From IMG/VR virus record IMGVR_UViG_3300043432_000216, positions 1-36,657 of that record: a stretch of 36,657 bases of DNA; one strand, given 5' to 3'. The notes under the pieces were generated by a model, which saw only the letters and a list, made by a program, of their open reading frames with translations, did no database searches and was not told where the DNA came from. The stretch comes from a virus. Its lineage: Duplodnaviria > Caudoviricetes. Position numbers and translations under genes: made by a program. Shown here piece after piece: positions 34,681 to 36,657 of the stretch. Numbering within the stretch: the first letter of the stretch is position 1; each line of letters opens with the position of its first letter.

Positions 34681-36657
34681 ATGTCAAAAAATAATCGGTT
34701 TGATGAACGGATCGAAGCGCAGGTGAAATTGGAAGAACGCGAAGAGGGCAAGCCGCGCAAGATCAAAATCGAAGGTGCTATGACGGCGAATGTTGTGAAT
34801 GGCAACAAGCGCCGATATCCTGTTGAAGTGGTGCGTTTGGCGGTGGAGGAATTACGAAGCCATCTGAACGAGAGCGCTGGGCAGGGGCGTGCCATTCAAA
34901 TTCTTGGCGAGGCAGAACATCCCTCCGATAAGGGTGGGCGTCCGAACCTGCTGGAAACCGTGACGAAATGGGATGAGGTCGTGTTCGACGGAGCACGGGT
35001 CGATCTCACCGGTCGCATTGTGGAAACCAGCAAAGGCAAAGACATCCTGACCCTGATGGAAAGCGGCGTGATGCCCGGCGTGAGTTTGCGTGGATACGGC
35101 GATGGCAAGACAGTTGGTAAGGGCGACGATAAAGTTTTTGAAGTGACGGAGTTGCACATCACCGGTTTTGACCTGGTGCTGGAACCGTCGTTCGAGAACG
35201 TCGCGCAATTAGTTGAATCACAAAATCAAAATCAATCATCTATGGAGGATGACATGTCTGAAGAACTTTTGACCAAACTGCAAGAGCAGGAAAAAGAAAA
35301 GGCTGAACTCAAGCAACAGCTTGCTGAAGCCCAGAAGAAAGTCGCTGATGGCGAACAAGCCCAGGCGAAATTGGATGAGGCGCGTGTGAAGTCTGAGATC
35401 GCGGTTGCGATCGCAGAAGCCAGTAAGGATCTGCCGTTCGGCGCTGCGCTCAACAAGATGTTCGTTGATAGCCTCAGCGAAATGACCTTTGTCAACGTGG
35501 CGGATGTGAAGACCTTCGCCGAAAATCAACGCAAGCAGTTCAGCAAGATGGCGGCTGCGGGTGTGTTGAAGGGCATCGGCTTTGATGAGACCAAACGCTC
35601 TGTCAAAGTGTTGGGCGATGTGCTCGAAAATGAAACCGGCATCCCTGAGTTTGGACGCGCTGCGTTCGAGATCAGCGAATCTGTCCGCAGGCATGAAATG
35701 CGTCCGATCAAGGATCTGCGCAAGAACGAGAGCCGCGCCGCGCAGTTCACGGTGCAGTTGCTGGAACGCTTCGATAAGACCTATCAGCGCCAGTTGATGC
35801 ACGAAGCGCAGATGTTCACGGAAGCGGAAGCCGCAACCGATCTGAACCTGCCGTATTCCGTCAGCCGCGCGATCATTGCGGAAGCATACCCGAACCTGGT
35901 CGCCGCCAATGTGTTCGATATCGGTTTGATGAGTGGCAGCCCCGAGAATATTTGGTTTGAAGCCTTTGCAGGCGAGACCGGTTACACCGTGGCGATCACC
36001 GATGAAGTCGAAACCGCAGGCGCTGAGGGCACATGGTACGCCCTGGCACATGCCAACATCGTCCCCGGCACCGTGGTTGTGACGAGCAATCCCGCTGGTA
36101 CGACGTACGTCGAAGGCACTGATTTTGTGATCGATTATGAACTCGGCAAGATCAAACCGATCTCAGCCGGTGCAATCGATGCCAACGATGTGCTCGTGGA
36201 TTATGAATACAACGCCATCAGCGAAGGCGAAGGCGCTGAAATTCAGCAAGCCAAGACCACCATGAGCTACCAAACCATCACCGCCAAGGCGATGCGCGTG
36301 GCTGACAATATCAACCACGAAGCGATCATCTTCAGCCGCACACAATTGGGCTGGGATGCCGTAGCCCGCACCATGGCAAACATCATCCGTGAGACACGCC
36401 GCGTGATCGATCGTCAGTTGATCGAAAAGGCGCTGGCTTCTTCGTTGAGTGTCGCTTCCAATAGCGGCGGCACCTGGACCGCATCGACCGATGCGTGGGC
36501 GATCTTCGCTGAATACCTTGGGTATGCCAAGGTCAAAGTGGCGAACCGCTATTACGAACCGACCGCCTTCCTGATGAGCGTCACGAACTCTGACATGCTC
36601 AGCAACTGGGATGGCTTCACCCGCGTCGGTTTCCCGAATGCCCTACTCGATTCCGCG
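34681..36657 (+). CDS. Prohead protease-scaffold-major capsid polyprotein (T4 gp21/gp23-like), 740 aa when joined across the junction to 373
   Basis: AGGAG RBS. Uninterrupted frame: NGNKRRYP, GEAEHP, GVSLRGYG, FDLV.EPS (gp21-type protease), a coiled coil, then AYPNLVA..VF and TITAKAMRV...GWDA...I.RE....IDR (gp23-like). Confidence 0.88.
   Translation, partial: MSKNNRFDERIEAQVKLEEREEGKPRKIKIEGAMTANVVNGNKRRYPVEVVRLAVEELRSHLNESAGQGRAIQILGEAEHPSDKGGRPNLLETVTKWDEVVFDGARVDLTGRIVETSKGKDILTLMESGVMPGVSLRGYGDGKTVGKGDDKVFEVTELHITGFDLVLEPSFENVAQLVESQNQNQSSMEDDMSEELLTKLQEQEKEKAELKQQLAEAQKKVADGEQAQAKLDEARVKSEIAVAIAEASKDLPFGAALNKMFVDSLSEMTFVNVADVKTFAENQRKQFSKMAAAGVLKGIGFDETKRSVKVLGDVLENETGIPEFGRAAFEISESVRRHEMRPIKDLRKNESRAAQFTVQLLERFDKTYQRQLMHEAQMFTEAEAATDLNLPYSVSRAIIAEAYPNLVAANVFDIGLMSGSPENIWFEAFAGETGYTVAITDEVETAGAEGTWYALAHANIVPGTVVVTSNPAGTTYVEGTDFVIDYELGKIKPISAGAIDANDVLVDYEYNAISEGEGAEIQQAKTTMSYQTITAKAMRVADNINHEAIIFSRTQLGWDAVARTMANIIRETRRVIDRQLIEKALASSLSVASNSGGTWTASTDAWAIFAEYLGYAKVKVANRYYEPTAFLMSVTNSDMLSNWDGFTRVGFPNALLDSA
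36531..36657. repeat. Terminal overlap, identical to 1-127
   Basis: Exact match to the window start. Confidence 0.97.

Noticed and set aside
1-36657. tRNA, rRNA or known riboswitch genes
   Set aside because: None were recognised by eye; a tRNAscan-SE or Infernal run would be needed to exclude them.

Overview
This window looks like a complete, circularly assembled tailed-phage genome of about 36,530 bp. Bases 1-127 are identical to 36531-36657, probably an assembler overlap. Almost all genes are on the + strand. The virion module has T4-gp20/21/23-like head proteins, including a single protease-scaffold-major-capsid ORF that crosses the junction, plus a portal displaced among the neck genes and a siphovirus-type tail. 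Other modules are a primase-helicase followed by an iteron-rich putative origin, a ParM-like actin (suggesting a plasmid-prophage lifestyle), an M23 endolysin and two terminase subunits. The most notable feature is an apparently complete integron in the early region: an integron-type integrase immediately after a Xer-like recombinase, an attI-like core abutting the intI stop codon, and one 248-bp cassette with a canonical attC. Also present are a 50-aa Flp (Tad) pilin gene missed by the ORF track, a probable serine-integrase remnant, a dif-like 11-6-11 site, and many REP-like palindromes and heptamer repeats, several lying in frame inside proteins. The pilin and repeat style suggest a Chloroflexota (Anaerolineae-like) host, which is inference only. 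All calls come from reading motifs by eye; no searches were run.
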